From: an uncultured delta proteobacterium
GTDB lineage: Bacteria > Desulfobacterota > Desulfobacteria > Desulfobacterales > B30-G6
Length of the DNA stretch: 64,000 nt
Assembly (NCBI GenBank): GCA_963823335.1
Contig: CAWGLD010000002.1
Coordinates: 96,001-160,000 of the forward strand
Reading direction: 5' to 3'
Shown here in pieces: positions 48,225 through 56,946 of the stretch (position 1 is the first letter of the stretch; the number at the start of each line of letters is the position of its first letter). Made by a program: the position numbers and the translations under genes. The notes under the pieces were generated by a model. That model was not told the DNA's origin and made no database searches. It saw only the letters and a list, made by a program, of their open reading frames with translations.

Positions 48225-49415
48225 TCAATCCTTTGGTCTTTCGGGCAGATCCAGAACCTTCGGACGTCTTATTTTGCGAATATTTTTTGGGATCAGGTTG
48301 CGCATTAAATCCATTTTTCCAAAGCAAAGCAGCCGGTCACCCGCTTCAATTTGTCGCTGCGGTCTGGGGTTCGGGATAACGGTCGTTTCTCGATTAAGCG
48401 TCAGTACCAAAATGTCTTTTTCACGTAAACCAGACTCTTGGATGGTTTTGCCGACGTACTCAGAGCCCTCTGGAATGGCTATTTCTGCAACACCATACCC
48501 ACGGCTCACAGTAAGACGCTGGCGCAGGTCAATCTCTGGAAAATTTATTTGAGCCGCTATGTAATCGATAACGGAGCCGGCAATGTCAAGCTGGGTGCAT
48601 CCTTCAATACCTTCCAGGCCGGGAGAGGAATTTATTTCCATGACTTGAGGGCCGGACTTTCCCTCGAGCATGTCAACACCTGCAACGCGAAGACCTACTA
48701 TTTGGGCTGCTCGAACAGCGGTTTCACTATATGATTTGTCAAGAGAGATCGGCTCGGCTATGCCGCCCCGGTGAACATTACTTCGAAACTCCTGACCTTG
48801 TGCAACACGACGCATTGCTGCAACCACCTGATTGCCGACGACAAACGCTCTGATATCCCGGCCTTTGCTTTCAGCAACAAACTTCTGGATCAATACGTTT
48901 TGTTTTTGGCTCTGCAACAATTCGATTATGGCCTCGGCTGATTTTTCAGATTCGGCTAAAAGAACACCGATCCCCTGCGTTCCTTCAAGTAGTTTGATGA
49001 CGACAGGCGCTCCACCGACTCTTTCTATTGCGGGCATCACGTCTTTCTTGTCGCGCACAAACGTTGTTTTAGGAATGCCGATTTGGTGTCGACTGAGGAT
49101 TTGCAGGCAGCGAAGCTTGTCTCGTGAATTGGAGATGCTTGCTGACGAGTTTGCACAGAACACATCCATCTGCTCAAATTGCCTTACAACCGCTGTTCCG
49201 AAGTAGGTAATCGACGATCCGATCCTCGGCAATACGGCGTCATATTGCGAGAGGACTTTCTGATGAAAGTAAAGATTTGGCATGCCCTGTTCTAGGTCGA
49301 TTGCGAACTTGATCGTATTGAGCACCTTAACGTTGTGCCCACGTTGCACGGCTGCTTCACGAAGCCGGCTTGTGCTGTAGCTCTTTGGACTGCGTGAAAG
49401 AATCGCTAGTTTCAT
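48225..49415 (-). CDS. rimK: RimK-family alpha-L-glutamate ligase with C-terminal RCK_C (TrkA_C) domain
   Basis: MKLAILSR, LPRIGSSIT, GTQGIGV, EFRSNVHRGG, EINSSPGLEG; about 100 extra aa GSEYVGKTIQESGLR...IPNP...GDRLLCFG. Confidence 0.9.
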   Translation of the reverse strand: MKLAILSRSPKSYSTSRLREAAVQRGHNVKVLNTIKFAIDLEQGMPNLYFHQKVLSQYDAVLPRIGSSITYFGTAVVRQFEQMDVFCANSSASISNSRDKLRCLQILSRHQIGIPKTTFVRDKKDVMPAIERVGGAPVVIKLLEGTQGIGVLLAESEKSAEAIIELLQSQKQNVLIQKFVAESKGRDIRAFVVGNQVVAAMRRVAQGQEFRSNVHRGGIAEPISLDKSYSETAVRAAQIVGLRVAGVDMLEGKSGPQVMEINSSPGLEGIEGCTQLDIAGSVIDYIAAQINFPEIDLRQRLTVSRGYGVAEIAIPEGSEYVGKTIQESGLREKDILVLTLNRETTVIPNPRPQRQIEAGDRLLCFGKMDLMRNLIPKNIRKIRRPKVLDLPERPKD

Positions 49416-49554
49416 TTAATCTCCTCTCTTTACGCTCACATTTCCATTTTTTGATACCTGTGAATAATACAACATGGAGAATGCCATTGCAATGGAGCAA
49501 TCCGAACAAAAGCATGATAAATGCGTTCCTGCAGGGTTAGATGTTGCTCTATTC

Positions 49555-49700
49555 TAGAAGCCATCTCAAAAAAAGGGTTTTGGCTCAAGTTCAAGGCGGG
49601 CCCGAACTTCAACCCGCAGGCATACACAAGTATTCAGAGGAGTTGAAGCAAGGGACCAACACAGAAATTGGGCTAAAAAACTTTTTTGAGATAGCTTCTA
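49555..49700. mobile_element. MITE of about 145 bp
   Basis: TIR TAGAAGCCATCTCAAAAAA / TTTTTTGAGATAGCTTCTA; near-identical copy at 54528-54672. Confidence 0.8.
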
Positions 49701-49813
49701 ATAAAAGTGAAATTTCCGGTCACATACAAATTGGCGGACACGACAACGATTATAGGGTTCCCCTTGAAATGTTCTCCCACCTGCTATAGTGTAAAAAAAA
49801 TACGTACACTACC

Positions 49814-49864
49814 TGAACCGCAACAGCGAGTGCATTCCCCGTGGCTTGCTGCGAGGTTCTTCAA
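49814..49864 (+). repeat. 51-bp hairpin repeat copy
   Basis: Matches 42496-42546 with a few substitutions. Confidence 0.75.
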
Positions 49865-49891
49865 ATCATATCAAAAACAGGCTGGATAACA

Positions 49892-51232
49892 ATGAAACCA
49901 TGGGCAATCGATGTATTGAAAATTTCAGCGGCCCTCCTGCTGGTACTTGTCAACGGATTTTTCGTGGCCGTTGAATTTGCCTTGGTAAAACTCAGGGAAG
50001 GGCAGCTTAACGACCTTATTCAAAAACAGAGGCCGTTCGCCAAAACAGCCTTATGGCTTCAACGCAGACTGGATGCCTCTTTATCTGCCTGTCAGTTGGG
50101 CATCACCATGGCCTCACTAGGACTTGGATGGATCGGTGAGCCGGCCATCGCCCACCTGCTGCGACCGGTATTGATGATGCTGGGAATTGAATCCGACTTC
50201 TGGCTGCATGGTATTGCCTTTGTTGTGGCATTTACGCTTATAACCTCCGCCCACTTGGTTATCGGCGAGCAGACACCCAAGATCTATGCTCTCAGGCGAC
50301 CGGAGACGGTAGCTTTAATGTGCGCCATGCCGTTAAAAGCTTTTTATTACTTTTCATACCCGTTGATGGCCGCATTGAATGCCAGCACGTCATTTTTGCT
50401 CACCCTGGCCGGTGTCGATCCCAAAACGTCGCACCACGAGGTTCCCACTGAGGCGGAACTCCGGACCCTTCTCCAACAGGCAAGAACACACGGTCATCTC
50501 AGCCGATCGGAACATCGTCTGATCAGCGCGGTTCTTGAATTCGACGACCTGGTGTGCCGGAAAGTCATGCAGCCTCGTATCGATGTCGTTTATCTTAATA
50601 TTGACAAACCCCTGGATGAGAACCTGGCCCTCATCTTAAAAGACACGCATTCACGTTACCCGGTATGTCAGGGGTCATTGGACAGTGTACTGGGAATTGT
50701 TCACATTAAAGATTTAATCAGTCTGGCAGGCGATGAAAAAATTGACCTGCGATCGATCCTCAGACCATGTCAGTTTGTGCCTGAAACCATACCTGTCAGT
50801 CGACTGCTACGCAAGTTCCAGGCCTCCCATCAACATATGGCTTTTGTGGTGGATGAATACGGTATCACCGTCGGTGTGGTCACGTTGGAGGATGTCATCG
50901 AACAGATCGTCGGTCCGGTGGAGGATGAGTTCGACGAAATTGTTCCGCAAATTACACCTGAATCGGAGAATAGTTTTGTTGTTCTAGGCAATACACCCAT
51001 TGAAACGGTGAACCAGGCATTGAACCTCAGCCTGGATGCCAAGCTGGCAGATACTTTTTCGGGCTTTTTAATGTCGTCAAGCGAGCAAGTTCTTTCCCGT
51101 GGTGACACCATCAAACTGCCGGGTGCCCAGGCTGAAGTTCAGGAGATTGATGGCCTGCGTGCAAAGAAAGTCCGGGTGATCATTGATGCGCCAATCCAGG
51201 ACATCGAAACGAAGGATGCTGAAACAAATTAA
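49892..51232 (+). CDS. HlyC/CorC (CNNM) family Mg2+ transporter, CBS and CorC domains
   Basis: NGFFVAVEFALV, CQLGITMASLGLGWIGEP, HSRYPV, VVDEYG..VTLEDVIEQIVG. Confidence 0.9.
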   Translation: MKPWAIDVLKISAALLLVLVNGFFVAVEFALVKLREGQLNDLIQKQRPFAKTALWLQRRLDASLSACQLGITMASLGLGWIGEPAIAHLLRPVLMMLGIESDFWLHGIAFVVAFTLITSAHLVIGEQTPKIYALRRPETVALMCAMPLKAFYYFSYPLMAALNASTSFLLTLAGVDPKTSHHEVPTEAELRTLLQQARTHGHLSRSEHRLISAVLEFDDLVCRKVMQPRIDVVYLNIDKPLDENLALILKDTHSRYPVCQGSLDSVLGIVHIKDLISLAGDEKIDLRSILRPCQFVPETIPVSRLLRKFQASHQHMAFVVDEYGITVGVVTLEDVIEQIVGPVEDEFDEIVPQITPESENSFVVLGNTPIETVNQALNLSLDAKLADTFSGFLMSSSEQVLSRGDTIKLPGAQAEVQEIDGLRAKKVRVIIDAPIQDIETKDAETN

Positions 51233-51376
51233 CATACTGAGTAAAATGATCTTGGGAATTGTGTTTGCTGTCGCGGTTCAAGTTGAAGAAATTTTTATTG
51301 GGTTCTGGTGTTGGGTTGTGTATCATAACTGAGAGGACAGGGGACAGAAAGCCATTCTACCGGAGGGGCTAACACC

Positions 51377-51877
51377 ATGAAACAGAACAAAATCACCATC
51401 GGATGGCGGGAGTGGCTGGCATTACCAGATCTGGGTGTCCGGGCTATAAAAGCCAAGATCGACACGGGTGCCCGAACATCGGCTTTGCACACCTTTGGGC
51501 TGAAATCCTTTGAGGAAGATGGAATTCTCAAAGTGAAGTTCAGAATACATCCGCTGCAGCTTCGAAAGGATGTTAATATCACCTGTGTAGCAGATGTAAT
51601 AGATCGGCGACATGTTACCAGCTCCGATGGCAAAAGAGAGATGCGCTTTGTTATAATCACATCTGTCGTTTTGGGAGATACTACCTGGCCGGTTGAAATG
51701 ACATTGACAAACCGGGATTCCATGCGATTTCGCATGCTGCTGGGCCGTGCCGCCGTCAGCGGTCGGGTGGTTGTCGATCCCGGAAAATCTTATCTTTGCG
51801 GCCGCAGGCTCACCAAGATTTATTCCAAACACAAGAAAAAAACTAAAGGTATCATCATGATAAAGGAAAGAGACTGA
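51377..51877 (+). CDS. RimB-like retropepsin-type protease (RimK-associated 'ATP-dependent zinc protease' family)
   Basis: IGWREW, AKIDTGARTSALH, RDSMRFRMLLGR. Confidence 0.88.
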   Translation: MKQNKITIGWREWLALPDLGVRAIKAKIDTGARTSALHTFGLKSFEEDGILKVKFRIHPLQLRKDVNITCVADVIDRRHVTSSDGKREMRFVIITSVVLGDTTWPVEMTLTNRDSMRFRMLLGRAAVSGRVVVDPGKSYLCGRRLTKIYSKHKKKTKGIIMIKERD

Positions 51878-52890
51878 TGCAATCAGCGATAACCGTGGCC
51901 GGCAGCAAGATCAAGCCGGGACAACAGATAACGGTGCGGGTTCCTGTTGCCCGTTTATACACCCATAACGAAATGGCCATGCCGGTGCATGTGGTGCACG
52001 GCCGGCGTGAAGGCCCCCGTATGTTCCTTTGCGGTGCCATTCATGGTGACGAAATCATCGGGACGGAGGTCATCCGGCGTCTGATAAAACTGAAAAGACT
52101 GAAGTCGATTATCGGCACACTCCTTGCGGTTCCTGTTGTCAATATTTATGGGTTTCTGCAGCAGTCGCGTTATTCCCCGGATCGCCGTGATCTTAACCGG
52201 TTTTTCCCGGGATCGGAAAAAGGATCGTTGACCTCGCAGCTGGCAGACACCGTTATGAAGGAAGTGATTCAAGGGAGCACCCACGGGATCGATTTGCATG
52301 CCGGTTCCAACCATCGGGCAAATCTGCCTCAGATCAGGGCGGACATCGATAACCCTGAAACGCTTCGGCTGTCCAAAGCCTTCAAAGTGCCGGTGGTTAT
52401 TAATTCAAGAACGCGTGAGGGCTCCTTGAGGCATGCCGCCGTCGCCATGGGGGTAACGGCGCTCCTGTACGAAGCCGGTGAGGTACTGCGGTTCGATGAA
52501 ATGGCGATCCGGGCCGGAGTGCGCGGTGTTGTATCGGTCATGGAAACGCTGGGAATGCTGAAACCAAAACGATCGGGCATCTCCGACATCGACCCCTTGA
52601 TTGCGGATACAACCTCATGGGTTCGGGCCCCGCTAAGTGGTCTTCTGCGAATGCTGGTTCCGCTGGGGGCGCGGGTGACCAAGAATTCCAAGATTGGCAT
52701 AATCGCCGATCCTTTTGGCGGGGAGGAAATGGATATCCGTTCGCCCGTATCCGGGATGGTCATCGGCCGTTTGAACCTGCCTCTGGTTCACCAGGGCGAC
52801 GCTGTCATCCATATCGCGCATCTGGATCGGCTCACGGGTATCGAGCCCATCATCGAAGAATTCAGGGAAGAAATTACCGAAGACAGTTAA
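51877..52890 (+). CDS. Succinylglutamate desuccinylase/aspartoacylase (M14) family protein
   Basis: AIHGDE, RRDLNRFFPG, IDLHAG, YEAGE. Confidence 0.88.
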   Translation: MQSAITVAGSKIKPGQQITVRVPVARLYTHNEMAMPVHVVHGRREGPRMFLCGAIHGDEIIGTEVIRRLIKLKRLKSIIGTLLAVPVVNIYGFLQQSRYSPDRRDLNRFFPGSEKGSLTSQLADTVMKEVIQGSTHGIDLHAGSNHRANLPQIRADIDNPETLRLSKAFKVPVVINSRTREGSLRHAAVAMGVTALLYEAGEVLRFDEMAIRAGVRGVVSVMETLGMLKPKRSGISDIDPLIADTTSWVRAPLSGLLRMLVPLGARVTKNSKIGIIADPFGGEEMDIRSPVSGMVIGRLNLPLVHQGDAVIHIAHLDRLTGIEPIIEEFREEITEDS

Positions 52891-52969
52891 TCAACTTGCT
52901 TTTCGATCTATCATTCAAGCATCTGATTCGGATGCATTGGGGTGTATTGCTATATTGTTTAATGGTGCT

Positions 52970-54187
52970 ATGAACCAGTCAATAACCACGACACTCCGGG
53001 TGTTCGTTCCTTTTGCACTCGGGTACTTCCTCTCCTACCTCTACAGGGTCGTCAATGTTGTACTAGCGCCGGATCTTGTGAATGACCTGGGTATCGGGCC
53101 CTCGGCGCTTGGGCTGCTTACGGCTACCTACTTTATTTCATTTGCGTCTGTACAACTGCCCCTGGGTGTTCTGCTGGATCGATTCGGGCCCCGAAAGGTG
53201 CAGGCATTTCTTTTGATTTTTGCGGGTCTTGGCGCCTTTGTTTTTGCCAGATCGGTCACACTGACCGGTCTTGTCATCGGCCGGGCTTTCATCGGTTTCG
53301 GGGTAGCGGCCTGCCTGATGGCGGCATTCAAAGCTTATGTGCTGTGGTTCCCGAAACAGCAGTGGCCCCTGGCAAACGGCTTCCAAATGGCCGCAGGGGG
53401 ACTTGGGGCACTGGCCGCAACTACCCCTGTGGAGGCGGCCCTGCAAATTACCGACTGGCGCGGAATATTCACCATACTGGCGCTCATCACCCTGCTGGTT
53501 GCAGTCATCATTTTCCTGGTGGTTCCTGAAAAATCTGAGCGTGAAAAGGGGCAAAGCTTCGGCGATCAAATGCGCGGGGTCCGGAAGGTATTTTCCAGCC
53601 GGGAGTTCTGGCGAACAGCACCACTGACCACAATGTCCCAGGCGAGTTTTCTTTCCATCCAAGGACTCTGGACAGGCCCATGGCTGAGGGATGTGGCTGG
53701 AATGGATCGTACAGCCGTGGCCAGGTCGTTACTGTGGATAGCGGTTGCCATGGTCGCGGGTTTCATCTCACTGGGCACACTTGCAGAACGCTTGAGTCGG
53801 ATCGGCATCAGTGCCCTGGCCACAGCCGTAACCGGTACATGCCTTTTTATGATAGTCCAGACCGCCATTGTCCTGGAGTTTAGCGACAGGCACATGTTGT
53901 TATGGGTCTGTTTCGGCTTTTTTGGTACCTCCAATATCATCACCTATGCATCACTTTCACAAAATTTTCCGGCGTACCTCTCCGGCCGGGTAACAACCGG
54001 CCTTAATCTGCTGGTGTTCGTCGCTGCGTTTGCAGGCCAGTGGACCATTGGGGCCATTATCGGTATCTGGCCGGTCGGTGAGAACGGCAGCTATGCCCTG
54101 CCAGGTTATCAGGCCGGATTTGCCGTCATGCTGGGCACCCAGGTGGTATGTCTCATATGGTTTGTCATACTTTCTCTCAGGAAATGA
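52970..54187 (+). CDS. MFS transporter
   Basis: About 12 TMs, GVLLDRFGPRK motif A. Confidence 0.9.
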   Translation: MNQSITTTLRVFVPFALGYFLSYLYRVVNVVLAPDLVNDLGIGPSALGLLTATYFISFASVQLPLGVLLDRFGPRKVQAFLLIFAGLGAFVFARSVTLTGLVIGRAFIGFGVAACLMAAFKAYVLWFPKQQWPLANGFQMAAGGLGALAATTPVEAALQITDWRGIFTILALITLLVAVIIFLVVPEKSEREKGQSFGDQMRGVRKVFSSREFWRTAPLTTMSQASFLSIQGLWTGPWLRDVAGMDRTAVARSLLWIAVAMVAGFISLGTLAERLSRIGISALATAVTGTCLFMIVQTAIVLEFSDRHMLLWVCFGFFGTSNIITYASLSQNFPAYLSGRVTTGLNLLVFVAAFAGQWTIGAIIGIWPVGENGSYALPGYQAGFAVMLGTQVVCLIWFVILSLRK

Positions 54188-54239
54188 TTCCCTCCCACGC
54201 GGGTCTGTTTTGTCGTAGGCCCAATCCTCAGGATCTAAA

Positions 54240-54526
54240 TATGGATGCAGAATTCTCCCAATTAGTTGGGAGAAAGGGTACAAGGTGTCCAGGATTCAAG
54301 GATTCAAGTGTTTGTTTTCCAGGGATTTGATCATCGCTTTGAGGATTCGCTCGACATCCCCTTTTGGAAAACGTTTCGTATCTTTATATATATGCAAACA
54401 AAGGCTTATGTACGATTTTTGCCAAACATTTAACTCTTTATAATTTTTAAGCATTACACTCGAATCCTGGACCCCTGGAATCCTGGAATCCTTAATTTGG
54501 ATCAACTCTTTGGAAGATGATCCATA
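54240..54526 (-). mobile_element. Internally deleted four-helix-bundle cassette (copy 2)
   Basis: Both ends retained; MLKNYKELNVWQKSY...FPK is joined directly to GDVERILKAMIKSLENKHLNP. Confidence 0.75.
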
Positions 54527-54527
54527 A

Positions 54528-54672
54528 TAGAAGCCATATCAAAAAAGGGTTTTGGCTCAAGTTCAAGGCGGGTCCGAACTTCAACCCGCAGGCATGCTCA
54601 AGTATTCCGAGGAGTTGAAGCAAGGGGCCAACACAGAAATTGGGCTAAAAAACTTTTTTGAGATAGCTTCTA
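54528..54672. mobile_element. MITE of about 145 bp
   Basis: Near-identical to 49555-49700. Confidence 0.8.
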
Positions 54673-54698
54673 AATGGCGACAAATGAAATAACTTAAC

Positions 54699-56036
54699 TC
54701 ATCCGTTATAATGCTTTAGCAATTCATAAATGGCCTTTGCTCCAAAGTCCATTGCTTCAACTGGTATCCGCTCATCGGCAGCATGGATCACCTCAAAAAA
54801 ATTGAATCCAACCGGCAACTTCATTGGGGTAAAACCATACGTTTGAATCCCCAATCGTGAAAAAACACGAGCATCGGTAAACGCAGGGAGCAACATGGGC
54901 ATAGGTATTCCATCCGGATCTGCTTCCCGCAATATACCTGCCAATGTGTTGAATAAACCCATGTCAGGCTCAGCAGGGTTAGGTTCATATCTTAGCAATT
55001 CAAGCTCCACCTCTTCTCCAATGACTTGCTGTAATTCAGTCAGCATATCCTCAGAACTGAAACCGGGCAGCAAACGTCCATCCAACTCAACGGTTATTTC
55101 ACTCGGGATAACATTAATTTTTTTTCCACCTCGAACGATGGTAGCGTTAATAGTGTTATGGAGCAGAGGATCAAAGTATTGGCTGACATCTCCTAAGAGC
55201 TTCAGGATGCTGTTTGTAAGAAAAGGGTTTAGAAGCTGACGGAAAATTAGCCCTTTTGGAAACGACAAGTTAGATGCAATTATTTCAATCATCTGACGTG
55301 GAACAGGTGTTATGTGTACCGGAAGGCGGTGTTTCTCCAGCCGTTGCAATAAATCTGCTAATTTTGCCATGGCACCACCTCGCATGGGACGGGCGCCGTG
55401 CCCACCAGGTCCGTGTATGGTCACTTTTATCCAGCAGACTTGCTTCTCTGCAATTTGAATAGGATAAAACTTTTTCGTCCCCACATGAGCGGTATAACCT
55501 CCGAATTCTCCTATGGCATATCGGATTCCTGCAAATTGATCCGAGTGGTTCTCCACTAAATACTTGGCTCCGTATTCACTTCCTGCCTCCTCATCACATA
55601 GAATTACGAGCACTATATCTCCCGAGGGAGCGAGGCCTTCGGCTTTGGCACGCAAGACTGCCGCCAACATCATGGCGATACCGCCTTTCATGTCCAGGGC
55701 CCCACGACCCCATATAAAGCTATTTACTATTTTTGCCTCAAACGGTGGGTAGGTCCATGTCTGTTTTGCCGTTGAGACCACATCCACATGTCCATATAAC
55801 ATGAATGGAGCAGCTTTGCCTTGTCCCTTTAAGCGAGCAATCAAATTGGGTCGGTCCTTGTCTTTGGCAAAAAACGCTGTATCAAAACCCGCTTTTTTCA
55901 GAAGTTCATTAATGTAAGTAATGCACGGAGTCTCATTTCCAGGTGGGTTTGTCGTATCAATGCGGATGAGGTTCTGCAACAATTCTACTGGACGCTCATA
56001 AATTGGTCTGTTTTCTGCAGACAATAAGGTAGCCAT
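54699..56036 (-). CDS. M20/M25/M40 family metallopeptidase
   Basis: GHVDVV, GRGALDMKG, DEEAG, IHAADERI. Confidence 0.92.
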   Translation of the reverse strand: MATLLSAENRPIYERPVELLQNLIRIDTTNPPGNETPCITYINELLKKAGFDTAFFAKDKDRPNLIARLKGQGKAAPFMLYGHVDVVSTAKQTWTYPPFEAKIVNSFIWGRGALDMKGGIAMMLAAVLRAKAEGLAPSGDIVLVILCDEEAGSEYGAKYLVENHSDQFAGIRYAIGEFGGYTAHVGTKKFYPIQIAEKQVCWIKVTIHGPGGHGARPMRGGAMAKLADLLQRLEKHRLPVHITPVPRQMIEIIASNLSFPKGLIFRQLLNPFLTNSILKLLGDVSQYFDPLLHNTINATIVRGGKKINVIPSEITVELDGRLLPGFSSEDMLTELQQVIGEEVELELLRYEPNPAEPDMGLFNTLAGILREADPDGIPMPMLLPAFTDARVFSRLGIQTYGFTPMKLPVGFNFFEVIHAADERIPVEAMDFGAKAIYELLKHYNG

Positions 56037-56481
56037 TTCTTACCTCGTTTTGGGAGGTGAGTAGAAATTACGTTTGAGCAGTGGTACAGATACATTGAGA
56101 TCATCATGCCCTGATATTCTGAAAATCCTGCCAGAAATTTAGTGTTCCGGCAAGCGAAAAAGGTGCGATACTCTCAAATCATGGAGAACAGGCGGCCTTG
56201 GAATACCGATAATATCTCTGGTGATCACCCAATTTTAAGATCGTTTCATCACCAATAATTCGAATGCATAATATTCTTGACCTGGTACCCCGCAATGATG
56301 GTATCTGTAATTTTAGCGGGGTGGCGATGGTCCATGTATCTGTAATTTCGATGATACTGCTCTAAGTATATGGTATTACCTTGCATTGCAAGCTATCAGG
56401 TTATTTTGTGTTCCATATGGAATGTCAATTAGATGTCTATTTAATATTTCTAATTGGAACAAAAACAAGATGTCTTTATAA

Positions 56482-56652
56482 TATGGATCTTCTCCCAATC
56501 AGTTGGGAGAAAGGGTCCAAGGGGTCCAGGATTCTAGGATTCAAGTGTTTGTTTTCCTGGAATTTGATCTTTGCGTTCAGCATTCTCTCGACTTCACCGT
56601 TTTGTATATATGCAAACAAAGCTTATATGATTTTTGCCAAACGTTTAATTTC
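56482..56652 (-). pseudogene. Four-helix-bundle cassette remnant (copy 3; right end plus deleted gene)
   Basis: Minus strand LNVWQKSYKLCLHIYK / GEVERMLNAKIKFQENKHLNP followed by TTCTCCCAACTGATTGGGAGAAGATCCATA. Confidence 0.72.
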
Positions 56653-56946
56653 ATTAGATAGTTCAATTGATAGATCAAAAATAATATCGGCAACCGTTCG
56701 CATGTCGATAATTTCATTCTCTTGACAAGTCTGCATATTTCACAATTATTTTAGTAGGATAATATTTAATATCTAATATATCGATTTAAGCGTGCTGCAG
56801 CATTATGACGAACACCAATTTATTGGAAATTACTCCGTCACTTTGTCTGTTCTGGGAAATATGGGAGCATGGTATGCAATTTGGATATTATGGTGGAGGG
56901 AAAGATCGACCGGTTTAAATATTTGTCTATTTTGTCTTATGAAATG

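Noticed and set aside
56040-56480. Possible gene remnant upstream of the M20 peptidase
   Set aside because: No coherent frame or recognisable motif
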